This document shows positions 37,484 to 48,545 of a DNA stretch of 64,000 nucleotides, piece after piece (position 1 is the stretch's first letter; each line of letters opens with the position of its first letter). Source of the DNA: Heteronotia binoei (taxonomy: Eukaryota); contig NC_083237.1 of NCBI RefSeq assembly GCF_032191835.1, positions 12,152,001-12,216,000 on the forward strand, written 5' to 3'. The translations under genes and the position numbers were made by a program. The notes under the pieces are model-generated. The model saw nothing but the letters and a program-made list of their open reading frames with translations. It searched no databases and had not been told where the DNA came from.

Positions 37484-37632
37484 CAGGGGTGGAATTCTAG
37501 CAGGCGCTCCTTTGCCTATTAGGCCACACACCCCTGACGTAGCCAATCCTCCAAGAGCTTACCAAAAAGAGCCTTGTAAGCTCTTGTGGAATGGCTACAT
37601 CAGGGGTGTGTGGCTTAATATGCAAAAGAGCT
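37484..37632. mobile_element. Palindromic hAT-like MITE
   Basis: caggggtggaattctagcagg..cctgctagaattccacccctg; degenerate TSD cataaatt; empty site near 39968. Confidence 0.75.
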
Positions 37633-37988
37633 CCTGCTAGAATTCCACCCCTGCATAAATTACAAGCGAAACCATTGTCACAATCAACATAGCATATTTT
37701 GCCAGCAACTCTTCAAAGGAATTCAAGGTGGTTTACATATGATTGTCTTCCCCCATTTTATCTCCACTATGACGTGGATTAGGCTGAGACTTTGTAAGTA
37801 TCCTAAGGTCATATGGTGAACTTCATGGTTAAGTAAGTATCTGAACCTTCATCATGAACTGACACCTAGTTTTAGTCTGACATGGACCCATTCCAACAAA
37901 AAAGAAAAGAGTGGAGTGGTTCTTCACCAGGTTCTAGTCTGGTGAAGAACCACTCCACTCCACCACCATGGCTGAATAGGAGATGAAT

Positions 37989-38887
37989 GAGAATAGAATC
38001 ATACACTTGGAAGGGGCCATACAGGACGTGTAGTTCAACTCCCTGCTCAGTGAGAGATCAGCCTAGAGCGTCCCTGACCCGTGTTCATCCAGCTGCTGCT
38101 TAAAGATTTCCAGCAAGAGGGAGTTCACCACCTCCCTTGGAAGCTGATTTCACTGTCGAACAACTCTTACTGCAAAAAAGGTTTCCCTTATACCCAGTCG
38201 ATACCTTCCCATCCTTAATTTAAATCCATTATTATGAGTCCTCTCCTTTGCTGCCAAAAGGAACAGCTCCCTGCCCTCCTCAAAGTGACAGCCCTTCAGA
38301 TACTTCAAGAGATCCATCAAGTCCCCCCTCAGCCTCCTCTTCTCCATACTGAACACCCCCAAGTCCCTCAGTCTTTCCTCATAGAGCTAGGACTCCAGGC
38401 CCGTGATCATCCTTGTCACTCTCCTCTGCACCCACTCCATTCTGCCCACATCTTTCTTGAAGTGAGGCCTCCAGAACTGCACACAACACTCCACGTGTGG
38501 CCTAACCAAAGCAGTCTACAGTAGAACCATGACGTCTTGCAATCTGGAAGTTATGCCTCTGTCGAGACATCCCAAGATGGCATTTGCCTTTTTTGTAGTT
38601 GCACCACGCCGGCCGCTCATAGTTAACTTATGGTCCACCCGTACCCTAAGATCTCGTTCACACACACTGCTACCTAGAAATGTATCCCCCATCCAGCATG
38701 TGTGTTTCTCATTTTTTGTTACTGAGATGTCGAACTCGGCACTTATCCTTGTTGAATTGCATCATATTCACTTCCACCCACTTTTCTAGCATGTTCAGAT
38801 CTGGTTGAATTCTATCTTCCAGTGTATTTGCTGCTCCTCCCAATTTGGTGTCAACTGCAAATTTAATGAGTAGACCCTCCATACCCT
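37989..38887 (-). mobile_element. CR1 LINE 3' portion with tail
   Basis: Paralog of 9669-10410 that keeps its 3' UTR and (attct)-like tail. Confidence 0.88.
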
Positions 38888-39226
38888 CTATGTACCTCAG
38901 GCTCCACAGACCCAGATCGACAAGACAAAAGAACCATGGGTTGGCAACATTTGATCTACACACGGGTATTGTGGATGTCTTGACTTATTATTTTTTTAAA
39001 AAACAACAACATTTAAATCTCTATTTTGTTTACTTTATTTATGACATGCATTTCTCTAAAATTCTTGCCTTCCATTTTGAAGTTAACCAGATGCATATCT
39101 ACTGCCACTGTGACCCCCTCCCCAGTTCCAATCTGATAATCAGCCCAAACAACATTTGGTGAAATCAAACTGAGTATTTGTGAGGACAGCTTAGGGCAGA
39201 ACGTAGCCATATGAGCATGCTGCTGT

Positions 39227-39936
39227 TTACTTGGGGTTCCCAACCCACAGTTTCAACAAAGCAGCTTTCATCTCTGTATTTCTGAATGTGTAGATGACAG
39301 GATTCAGAAACGGGGTTACTGTGGTGTAGAACGTGCTCACCACACCATCCATGTAGCCCTGAGATGCTGGCCTCAAGTAATGGAAAATCACCGGGACATA
39401 ATAGATAACGACCACTGCGATGTGGGCTGAGCACGTGGAGAAGGCCCGGCGACGCCCTTCACGGCTGCTGATCCTCAAAATGGCGGAGACAATATAGACA
39501 TAGGAGGTCAGGATAAGGATGAAGCAGGTCACCAGGCCGATGTCCACTACAGCCACCATCTCATTGAAAGTTGTGTCCGCACAAGCCAGCTTCAGCAAAG
39601 CAGGGATGTCACAAAAGACATAGTCAATCTGATTGCTCCATCCAAAGTGCAATTGAAAGGTGAGGGTCGTCTCTAACACTGAGTTCAGGCAGCCTCCGAT
39701 CATGGTACCCAAACAGAGGGTGAGGCAGACCCTCCAATGCATGATGTGGCTGTAGTGGAGGGGCTTGCAGATAGCAATGAAGCGGTCGTAAGCCATAACT
39801 GTGTAAAGGAGACTTTCAGTACATCCGAGGAAATGCGAAAAGAATACCTGACATACACATTCTCCAAAAGAGATGATCTTCCCACCAGGGAAGAACCCTC
39901 CAGTCAATCTGGGGACCACAATGGAGGAGAAAGCCG
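39227..39936 (-). pseudogene. 5'-truncated OR pseudogene
   Basis: OR homology begins at AFSSIVVP; N-terminus replaced by intergenic module; small in-frame deletion in TM5 (GLVTCFIL). Confidence 0.9.
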
Positions 39937-40213
39937 TTGGAACCAGAGGTGCCCTTCCGCTCATAGAAGACTCATAAATTACAAGTTAAACCATCGCCTT
40001 GTGACAGACAGCCTAGCATATTTTCCCAGCAGCTCTTCAATGGAACTCAAGCCGGCTTACATATGATTGTCATCCTCCGTTTCATCTCCACTATGAGGTG
40101 GGTTAGGCTGAGACTTAGCAACTGTCCTAAGGTCATACAGTGATCTTCATGGCTGAGTATCCATCTGAACCCCCATCCTAAACTAGCGTTCCAAGTTTTA
40201 GTTTGACAAAGAA

Positions 40214-40912
40214 CCACTCCACCAAAAAAGAAAAGAGTGGTTTTAGTCTGATGAAGACCTATACAGCATGCTGGCTGTATAGGAGATGGATGAGAGTTAT
40301 GTACCAGAGAGCCACTCCACCAAAAAAGGAAAGAGTGGTTTAGTCTGATGAAGACCTATACAGCATGCTGGCTGTATAGGAGATGGATGAGAGTTATGTA
40401 CCAGAGAGCCACTCCACCAAAAAAGGAAAGAGTGGTTTAGTCTGATGAAGACCTATACTGTCAGGACTTGGATGAACATCAGTCGAGTCCAATACTTGTT
40501 ACAAGTTAGGATCTTTATTGATGAACTACAGTGCTAGAGTAACGAAATAACAGTAATGGCGATTCTTGGCAGTTGGTTACATTTTATGCCAGCAGCAAAG
40601 CACAATAAAACAATTATTCACACGGTCTCAAACAGTTGTCTCGTCTTCCCAGCTTTCGTTATCAGAAGGGAGGATGCTCCCCTGTTGTGAAGGCCAAACG
40701 GTTTGCCTTCAAAGGGCACCTGTGGATGCTAAGCAGAGACTATCTGCCGCCTGCCCTACTGCCCTAAATATTTGGCATAGCAGAGGGGCCAGGGTTAATG
40801 ACCGGTGTCAGGCACTCTAAATTACAGCATGGAGTCAGTTTGGTCAATGCAAGCAAAGTAAAAGTTACAAGTTCTGACATATACAGCATGCTGGCTGTAT
40901 AGGAGATGGATG
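40214..40912 (+). repeat. 3 x 97-98-bp tandem repeat; the third unit is split by the solo LTR
   Basis: Units start at 40214, 40312 and 40409; the third resumes after 40879. Confidence 0.9.
40459..40879 (-). mobile_element. Solo LTR (421 bp) of the same Gypsy family
   Basis: TG..CA ends; homologous to 50179-50484 with about 115 bp extra; 5-bp TSD tatac on both sides. Confidence 0.9.
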
Positions 40913-41420
40913 AGAGTTATGTACCAGAGAGCCAGTTGAACAAAGAGAGCCATAGCCAGGATTTCATATTTGGTGGGGCCCACAGGAGGATTTGTTGTTT
41001 GGGGGAGTTGGGGGGCCACCCATTCTGGGAGCCCAGGGCTCTCGGAACCGTAAGCTGCCTTGAGTTCCACAAGCTAGCCCCCCTTTGCCTGGGTAGTCAC
41101 AGCAGCTCTGGCCCCCCACCCCTTTCTTACGTGCCCCTCCCTCAGGGAGACAGAGACTTCTTGACTCTTCCCACCACCCTTTGCTCTCCCTGTGTTAGGG
41201 AAGGGGAGAGAAAAAAGTAAAAAAGACCTGTAGCAATCCTACTACTTGTTCATTGTGGCAGTCAGCAAAGGGGACTGACTGAGGGCCCTCCATTGGAAGG
41301 GTCATATAGCTGTAAGAGGAATTTTGAAAGGATGGGTCTGGCCCCTCCCAGGCCCCACTGTAGCTGTGGGCTTGCTGACAAAGGTAAAATAACTGTGGGT
41401 TGGCAACGTATGAGCTAAAC

Positions 41421-42010
41421 CAGGGGTGTCAAACTCATTTGTTATGAGGGCTGGATCTGACATAAATGAGACCTTGCTGGGCTGGGCCATGTTGGGCTGG
41501 GCCATGTATATAGCTATTATATAAACTTTATAAAGGATACAGACAAACACAATTAAATATATATATTTTTAAAAACATAAAACATGCTTAAAACACTAGT
41601 ACTTGTTGGTCTTAAAGGTGCTGTCTTTGTATTTCACCCATGGGATCCAGGGAACTGGGCAAAGGAAGGTATGGATCTTTCCTTCCTTCCCCAGGGTACA
41701 GGAGGAAGGAGCCTCAGCCAATAGAAGGGAGGCTTGGCTCAGTAGCTCTGCTGTGCAATTGAGAGAGCCTGGCAAAGCAAGCTGTACCTCCCCCCTTCCT
41801 CACCAAGGGAGGAGGCTCAGCCAATGGAGAAAATAGAGGTTTTTCTCTGTAGCTCCTGTGCGACTGAGCAATCCTGGCAAAGCAAGATGTAATGCAAAAG
41901 GAAGCAAGAGAGAGGGAGAAGGAAGCAGATGACAGTCAGTTGCCTGGGAGCCTGATAGGAGCCATCTTGGGGCCTGATGGGGTCCCCAGGCTCCATGTTT
42001 GACACCTTTG
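41421..42010. mobile_element. Non-autonomous hAT element (about 590 bp)
   Basis: caggggtgtcaaac..gtttgacacctttg ends; TSD agctaaac/ggctaaat. Confidence 0.7.
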
Positions 42011-42270
42011 GGCTAAATGCTGCTATTGTGGATGCCTTGAGTTATTTTAAAAAACACACACACTTTAATCTCTACCTTGTTTTTTTTATTTATGCCATGC
42101 ATTTATTTCTAATTCATGTCCTCCATTTTGAAAGGGAACCAGATGCAATTCTACAGCTACTGTTACCCTCACCACAGATCTACTCAGATAAACAGCCAAA
42201 TCAACATTTGGTGCAATCAAACTTAGTTGATTTGCAATGACAGCTTAGGGCAATAGAAGCAAGCTGATGT

Positions 42271-43197
42271 TTACTTGCGATTCCCAACCCACAGTTTTGA
42301 CAGAGCAGCCTTCATCTCTGTATTCCTGAATGTGTAGATGACAGGATTCAGAAATGGGGTTATTGTGGTGTAGAACATGCTCACCACACCATCCACAGAG
42401 TCCTGAGAAGCTGGCCTCAAGTAATGGAAAACGACCGGGACGTAAAAGATAATGACCACAGTGATGTGGGCCGTGCAAGTGGAGAAGGCCCGGCGACGCC
42501 CTTCACTGCTTCTGATCCTCAAAATGGCAGAGACAATATACACATAGGAGGTCAGGATAAGGATGAAGCAGGCCGTGGCCAAAAGCCCAACATCCACTAT
42601 GGTCATCATCTCATTGAGAGCTGTGTCTGCACAAGCCAGCTTCAGTAGGGCAGGGATGTCACAAAAGACGTAGTCAATCTGGTTGCTCCGTCCAAAGGGC
42701 AATTGAAAGGCGAGGGTCGTCTCTAACACGGAGTTCAGGCAGCCTCCGATCATGGAACCCAAACAGAGGGTGAGGCAGACTCTCCAATGCATGATGTGGC
42801 TGTAGTGGAGGGGCTTGCAGATAGCAATGAACCGGTCATAAGCCATAACTGTGTAAAGGAGACTTTCGGTACATCCGAGGAAATAAAAAAAGAATACTTG
42901 ACATGCACATTCTCCAAAAGAGATGCTGTTCCCACCAGGGAAGAACCCTGCGATCACTCTAGGGACCACAATGGAGGAGAAAGCCATATCCAGGAAGGAC
43001 AAATGGCAGAGGAACCAGTACATGGGCTTGTGCAACTGGATGTCAGTTGTCACCACCCAGACAATCAGGGAATTTCCACAGAGAGTCAGAATGTACATGA
43101 GCAAGAAGAAGAGAAACAGTGGCGCCTTCAATTCTTTGGAGAAAGAGAAACCAGAGATAATGAACACAGTTGGCACCGTTTGATTTGGACACTCCAT
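42271..43197 (-). CDS. Olfactory receptor, OR10G-like, intact (308 aa)
   Basis: Full ORF with canonical OR motifs. Confidence 0.95.
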   Translation of the reverse strand: MECPNQTVPTVFIISGFSFSKELKAPLFLFFLLMYILTLCGNSLIVWVVTTDIQLHKPMYWFLCHLSFLDMAFSSIVVPRVIAGFFPGGNSISFGECACQVFFFYFLGCTESLLYTVMAYDRFIAICKPLHYSHIMHWRVCLTLCLGSMIGGCLNSVLETTLAFQLPFGRSNQIDYVFCDIPALLKLACADTALNEMMTIVDVGLLATACFILILTSYVYIVSAILRIRSSEGRRRAFSTCTAHITVVIIFYVPVVFHYLRPASQDSVDGVVSMFYTTITPFLNPVIYTFRNTEMKAALSKLWVGNRK

Positions 43198-44741
43198 TAA
43201 CAGAACATTTATATCAGGGTCATTGAAACAAGATCAGGAAGGCTTTCTTGTTCCTTTTCCAAAGCAAGTGGAGGATTGCAGTTCCTGCCCCACCAACCTT
43301 TCACATAACAAAAGGATATCCACACTTGAATACCTGAATAGTCTTACGTGAAAGGGATGACCTTCTAGGCTGAAGACCCCCAGAACTCAACAGTGTACTT
43401 AGAAAGAGCTAGCATTCAATATGTCTGTGAAAGTTAGATACACACTGAGTTTAAAGTAAGTGGATCAGTGCTAAATGTACTGATAACAAATAGAATGATA
43501 ACAAATGGAATGATTGCCCTCCTTGAACTGGAAGACCCAGGATATCCTCTCTCATCAGATCTCTGAAGTCACGCAGGGTCAGTTGCAGTTGATACTTAGA
43601 TGGGAGGCCTCCAAGTAAGTCCAGGGTTGTCATGCCGGGGCAGGTAATAGCAAGCCAATTTGTTTGACTCTTACCTTGAACGCTGTACACGGTTGCCTTA
43701 AATCAGCTTGATGACACTTTCCCGTTTGACATCACACTCCTCACATAATTTGGAATTGATTTTGGAATATGGAGTCAGACACACCCCCAGATCCTTCCCA
43801 ACTAAAGGAATGGTCTCCCCCTTGATTTAAGTACAAAGATAACCTAAATCCTAGCACAGCTTACTTGTAACTTGCCGGCTACCTATCATTTCAGTTTGTT
43901 TCACTTATAAAGGTTATAGAGATGGAATATCTGGCTCAGTGATGTAAGTCAAGCTTCTGCAAATGCATCAGCCTCAGCATCCTGAGCACAGGTGATGATG
44001 GTGGAGCCAAGATTTCCTTCCCGAAGAGTGCCGATGATTGTGAGTTGCAGTCAAAACAATGAAGAGTCTTGTGGCTTCCAAAAAACATTTACATGCCACG
44101 GCATGTAAACCAGAACCTACTTGATCAAAGTCTTTCCCATCTCTTCTTACTTGATTCTTCTGCTGCTTTCTTTCTTCCATCTTCTGTAGAGTTGTCGCTT
44201 TACCCTTTTTTATCTATTTCTTCCAACTGCTTCAAACATCACACAACAAAAATGCTTCCATCCTATTGTCTGTTAAGAAGGAGAATTTGTACAGGGCAAG
44301 CTGTCGCGCTCAGACAACCCAAGCAGAGCTATCTATCTAGATGGGAAGTCGTCTTTAATTTAGGTTCAGCTGCTGCTAGAAATGAAGTTTTGGATGAATG
44401 TTCTCCATCTGCAAAAAGACGTTCTATGGTCTCATATGTCTTTATACAGTTGTATCGTCTGTGAGTCACTAGCTGCCACTTTGGTCATTTCCCCAAAGTC
44501 TTGTAGACATGTCCGCTGGTGACAATTATGATGTTTACGATGAACCCTTTGCAGTAACTCCAGTGAGTGTTGTTAAATATACTCTTTGGAGGAATTATGT
44601 ATTTGTAGCAAACAGAAGGGGGAAAGCCCTGCTGAATGATTAGCTACATCCTTTTATAATCTCTCTGGCTTTTGCTAAATTACGCAGCCAATGATCTGAG
44701 TAACTTACATTGAAAACCATCTCTGGAAGGTTCATATAGCC

Positions 44742-44878
44742 CAGGGGTGGCCAACGGTAGCTCTCCAGATATTTTTTTGCCTACAACTCCCATCAGCCCC
44801 AGCCAGCATGGCTGATGGCTGAGGCTGATGTGAGTTGTAGGCAAAAAACATCTGGAGAGCTACCGTTGGACACCCCTG
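44742..44878. mobile_element. hAT MITE (137 bp)
   Basis: caggggtggccaac TIR; TSD atatagcc. Confidence 0.88.
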
Positions 44879-45390
44879 ATATAGCCAGTTGCACATGGTG
44901 AAGTCACTGGGGTAGGACCATTGTTGGGGCTAAGCTCTGTTTATTGGGTGCTTTGAACGGTTTTCTGATAACGGTGTTTTGGTTGAAGGTAGAGTTGTGT
45001 TTCTAATAAAAATGGTTTCTTTTCAACCCTCCCCCCTCCCCAACAAACACACTCTTACAGCCAAACTTGAAGTTACTTATTCTGCAAGTTTGCCACAGGA
45101 AGTTACAACCGCACTACAACTCCCAGTCCCAGTAGCGATTGCACTTGGAGGCTGGCAACTCGAAGTCCCTATAAGGACCCAGGTCGCTGCTTTCTGGACC
45201 AGTTGTAATTTCCAGGTCAGCCTCAAGGGTAGCCCTGTGTAGAGCAAGTTACAGTAGTCTAACCTGGATTTGGCTGTGGCATGGATTTCTGTAAATAGAT
45301 TAGGGTGAGACAGGAAGGGGATTCGTTGCTTGATCTGGCATAGGCCCTTCCTGCTTTTGTGTTTACTGTGGCTCTCACCTCCCACTTCCG

Positions 45391-48300
45391 TCAGTTTATT
45401 GATCACCCTTTTGATTTTGAATGGACCTAGATATTTCAGCGCAAGCTTTCGACACCCTTGCGGGAGGGGCAGGTTTTTGGTGGATAGAAACACCGTTTCC
45501 CCTTCTTTCAGCTCCCACTGGAGGGCATGCTTTTTGTCAAAGTGCCGTTTGTACTCCCTCTTTGCCTCCTCCAGATTCTCTTGAATTACTTTCCACCCCT
45601 CCCTCAGTCCTTCCCACCATTGTTGACATGAAGTGGCCCCCTGAGGACCGGATGGTAAGGGGAGGTTGGGGAAAGGCTTCCCTTCATACCCATTGACAAT
45701 TTGGAAGGGGGAGGTCTTGGTAGAGCTATGAAAGCTGTTATTGTACCCATACTCCGCAAAGGGCAAAAGCTCTACCCAATTTGTCTGTTGGTAGTTGATG
45801 TAGCACCGCAAGTATTGTTCCAGAAGCCTGTTCACCCTCTCCGTCTGTCCGTCCGTTTGCGGGTGGTACGCGGAGCTAAGTCCCTGCTCGATGCCGGCCA
45901 ATTTGCAAAACTCCCGCCAGAAGTTGGCAACGAACTGCGGTCCGCGGTCACTAATGACCTTTTCAGGGAATGAGTGTAGTCGGACCACGTGATTAAAGAA
46001 TAATTGGGCCAACTTCTTGGCTGTGGGGAGTTTTTTGCAGGGAATGAAATGGGCTTGTTTAGAGAAGGTGTCGACCACCACCAGTATCACTGTCTTCCCT
46101 TGGGAAGGGGGTAGTTCTACTATAAAGTCCATTGACACCACGGCCCATGGGCGACTAGCCGTGGGGAGAGGGACGAGGTGGCCCGGTGGCTTCCCCCCAC
46201 CCCCGCCGTTTGGACATAATGCAAGTGGGGCATGTGAACACGAATTCGGAGACATCTTTTTTTAATCGGGGCTACCAGAACTGCCGAATGATTAGATTAA
46301 GGGTTTTCACATACCCAAAGTGGCCCGCTAGGTGGTTAGAGTGGCATTGTTCCAAAACTTCCTTTCTCAAGGATTTCGGCACGTAGATTTTCCCTTTGTG
46401 AAGCCAGACCCCCCCCTCGCCCTTCTCGAGCCCTTCTGGGCGTTCGCCTCCTTCTAGTTCTGCTTCTGTGGCGAAATGCTCTTTTCTGGGTAGTTCAGGG
46501 GTCCCAGTCTGTTTCCCTGAGCGGGTGGTGACCCCTCCTGCGACTGCAGAGGGGGGGATGAGAGAATCGACTACCTCCTCTCTCTGGCTTTCGTGCTGAG
46601 GCAGGCGCGATAGCGCATCGGCCAAAAAGTTTTTGGTGCCGGGGATGTATTTTAACACGAAGTCAAACTTAGCAAAGAACCCCGCCCATCAGATCTGCTT
46701 GGCCGTCAGTTTACGGCGGCCGGTGAGGGCCTCTAGATTTTTGTGGTCAGTCCAGATTTCGAAGGGGACTCGGGCTCCCTCTAGCCAAGATCTCCAGGTT
46801 TTTAAGGCAAACATTACTGCAAAGGCTTCCTTGTCCCAGACTGACCAGTTCCTTTGTTCATTGGAAAATTTGTGGGAGATATATGCACAGGGGCGTAGTT
46901 CCCCCCCTTCATTCTTCTGCATCAATATGGCTCCTACGGCGACGTCGGAAGCGTCACATTGCACCACGAAGGGTTTTAATTCATTGGGGTGAGCCAATAT
47001 TGGTTCAGAAGTGAAGAGTTGTTTGAGCTCTTGGAAGGCGCGGTGGCATTCTGGTGTCTAAGTTAAGCGCGCGCCGGGCTTTTTTGCTTCATCCCCTTTT
47101 CCCTTCGTTTTGAGGAGCTCCGTGAGGGGGAGCATCACCCGGGCGAACCCCTTTATGAATCCGCGGTAGAAATTTGCGAACCCGAGGAAGGATTGTAGCT
47201 GCCGTCGGGTTCTGGGGGGTTCCCAGTCTAGAACCGCTTGAATTTTGGCGGGGTCCATGGCTAGTCCCTCCCCTGACACTCGGAAACCCAAGTAGTCTAG
47301 TTCTGTTTTGTGAAACTCACATTTAGACAATTTGGCATACAATTTGTTTTTACACAGGGTTGTCAACACTTTTCTCACCAGGGGTACATGCGATTCTAGA
47401 TCTTTCGAATAGATAATGATGTCATCAAGGTACACCACCACCCCCTTGTACAAAAATTCCCTTAACACCTCATTTATGAAGTTCATGAAAACCCCTGGTG
47501 CCCCCTGAAGCCCGAAGGGCATCACTAAGTACTCAAATTGTCCCATGGGAGTGTTGAATGCTGTTTTCCACTCGTCTCCCTCTTTAATCCTCACGCGGAA
47601 GTACGCATCTTGGAGATCGAGCTTGGTGAAAATCTTTCCCTCGGCCACAGTGTTCAATAGGTCCCTTATCAGCGGGATCGGGTAAGCATTGGAACTTGAA
47701 ATCCCGTTTATCCCGTGAAAATCTGTGCAAAGTCTAAGCCCCCCATCCTTTTTCTTGCGGAACAGGACCGGGGCCGCATGGGGGGCCGTCGCTGGTCGGA
47801 TGAACCCCCGTTTCAAGTTTTTATCAATGAATTTTCTCAGTTCCGCTTTCTCTGCCCACCCCATCGAGTACAGCTTTGCCTTTGGTAGCGCCTGCCCTGG
47901 GATTAGTTCGATAGCGCAGTCCGTCGGGCAGTGCGGGGGGAGCTCGTCGGCCTCCCGTTCGCTAAAGGCTTTCTTCAAGTCCCTGTATTCTTTGGGTATC
48001 GACCTCACTTCCTCAAGTGTGAGGCAAAGTCTCTCGTTCTGGGGGGGTGCTTTCGGGCCCCACTCGGCCCTCCAGTGGTGGTGTTCACACCGCCAGTCCG
48101 GGAACTGCACAATCTGCTCGGCCCATCGAATGTCTGGTTGGTGCCTGGCCAGCCACCCGGCTCCCATCACTACATCGAAGGAGGAGGATGGGGCTATGAC
48201 AAAAGTCTCTACTCCCCAATGTTCCTCCGTTCCCATGGGGGTGGCCTGGGTTTCTAGTGTGCAAGGCTCTCCCCTCATAATTGATCCATCCATTTGTTCG

Positions 48301-48545
48301 AATTGGATGGGGTGGGGAAGGGGGGTTGTGGCTAGCCCCAGCGCCTCCACCAGGCGCGGGGTGATGATGTCTCGGGTGCACCCGGAGTCGATCAGGGCCC
48401 TGGCGTGCATGAATCTTTTGAGATTGGGGTTCAAGAGGGTGACTGCCATAAATAATAGCCCCCCGGTAATTCTCACCGTTAGTAGTGCCGGCGTTTGGTC
48501 GACCTGCCTCGCGGCACCAATTAAAGCAGGTCGCTGTCGTTTCCC
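45391..48545 (-). pseudogene. pol: Pol (protease, RT, RNase H, integrase) in the -1 frame, inactivated
   Basis: ALIDSG, YLDD, CDASD..TDHKNL, HHCC and D-D-E motifs; stops at 47058 (TAG), 46689 (TGA) and 46272 (TAG); +1 frameshift in a G-run near 46199. Confidence 0.92.
48485..48545 (-). promoter_or_regulatory. -1 programmed ribosomal frameshift signal: G GGA AAC followed by a predicted H-type pseudoknot
   Basis: Heptamer at 48545-48539 in the short gag/pol overlap; 5-nt spacer; stem 1 cgacctgc/gcaggtcg; stem 2 gtgccg/cggcac. Confidence 0.8.
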
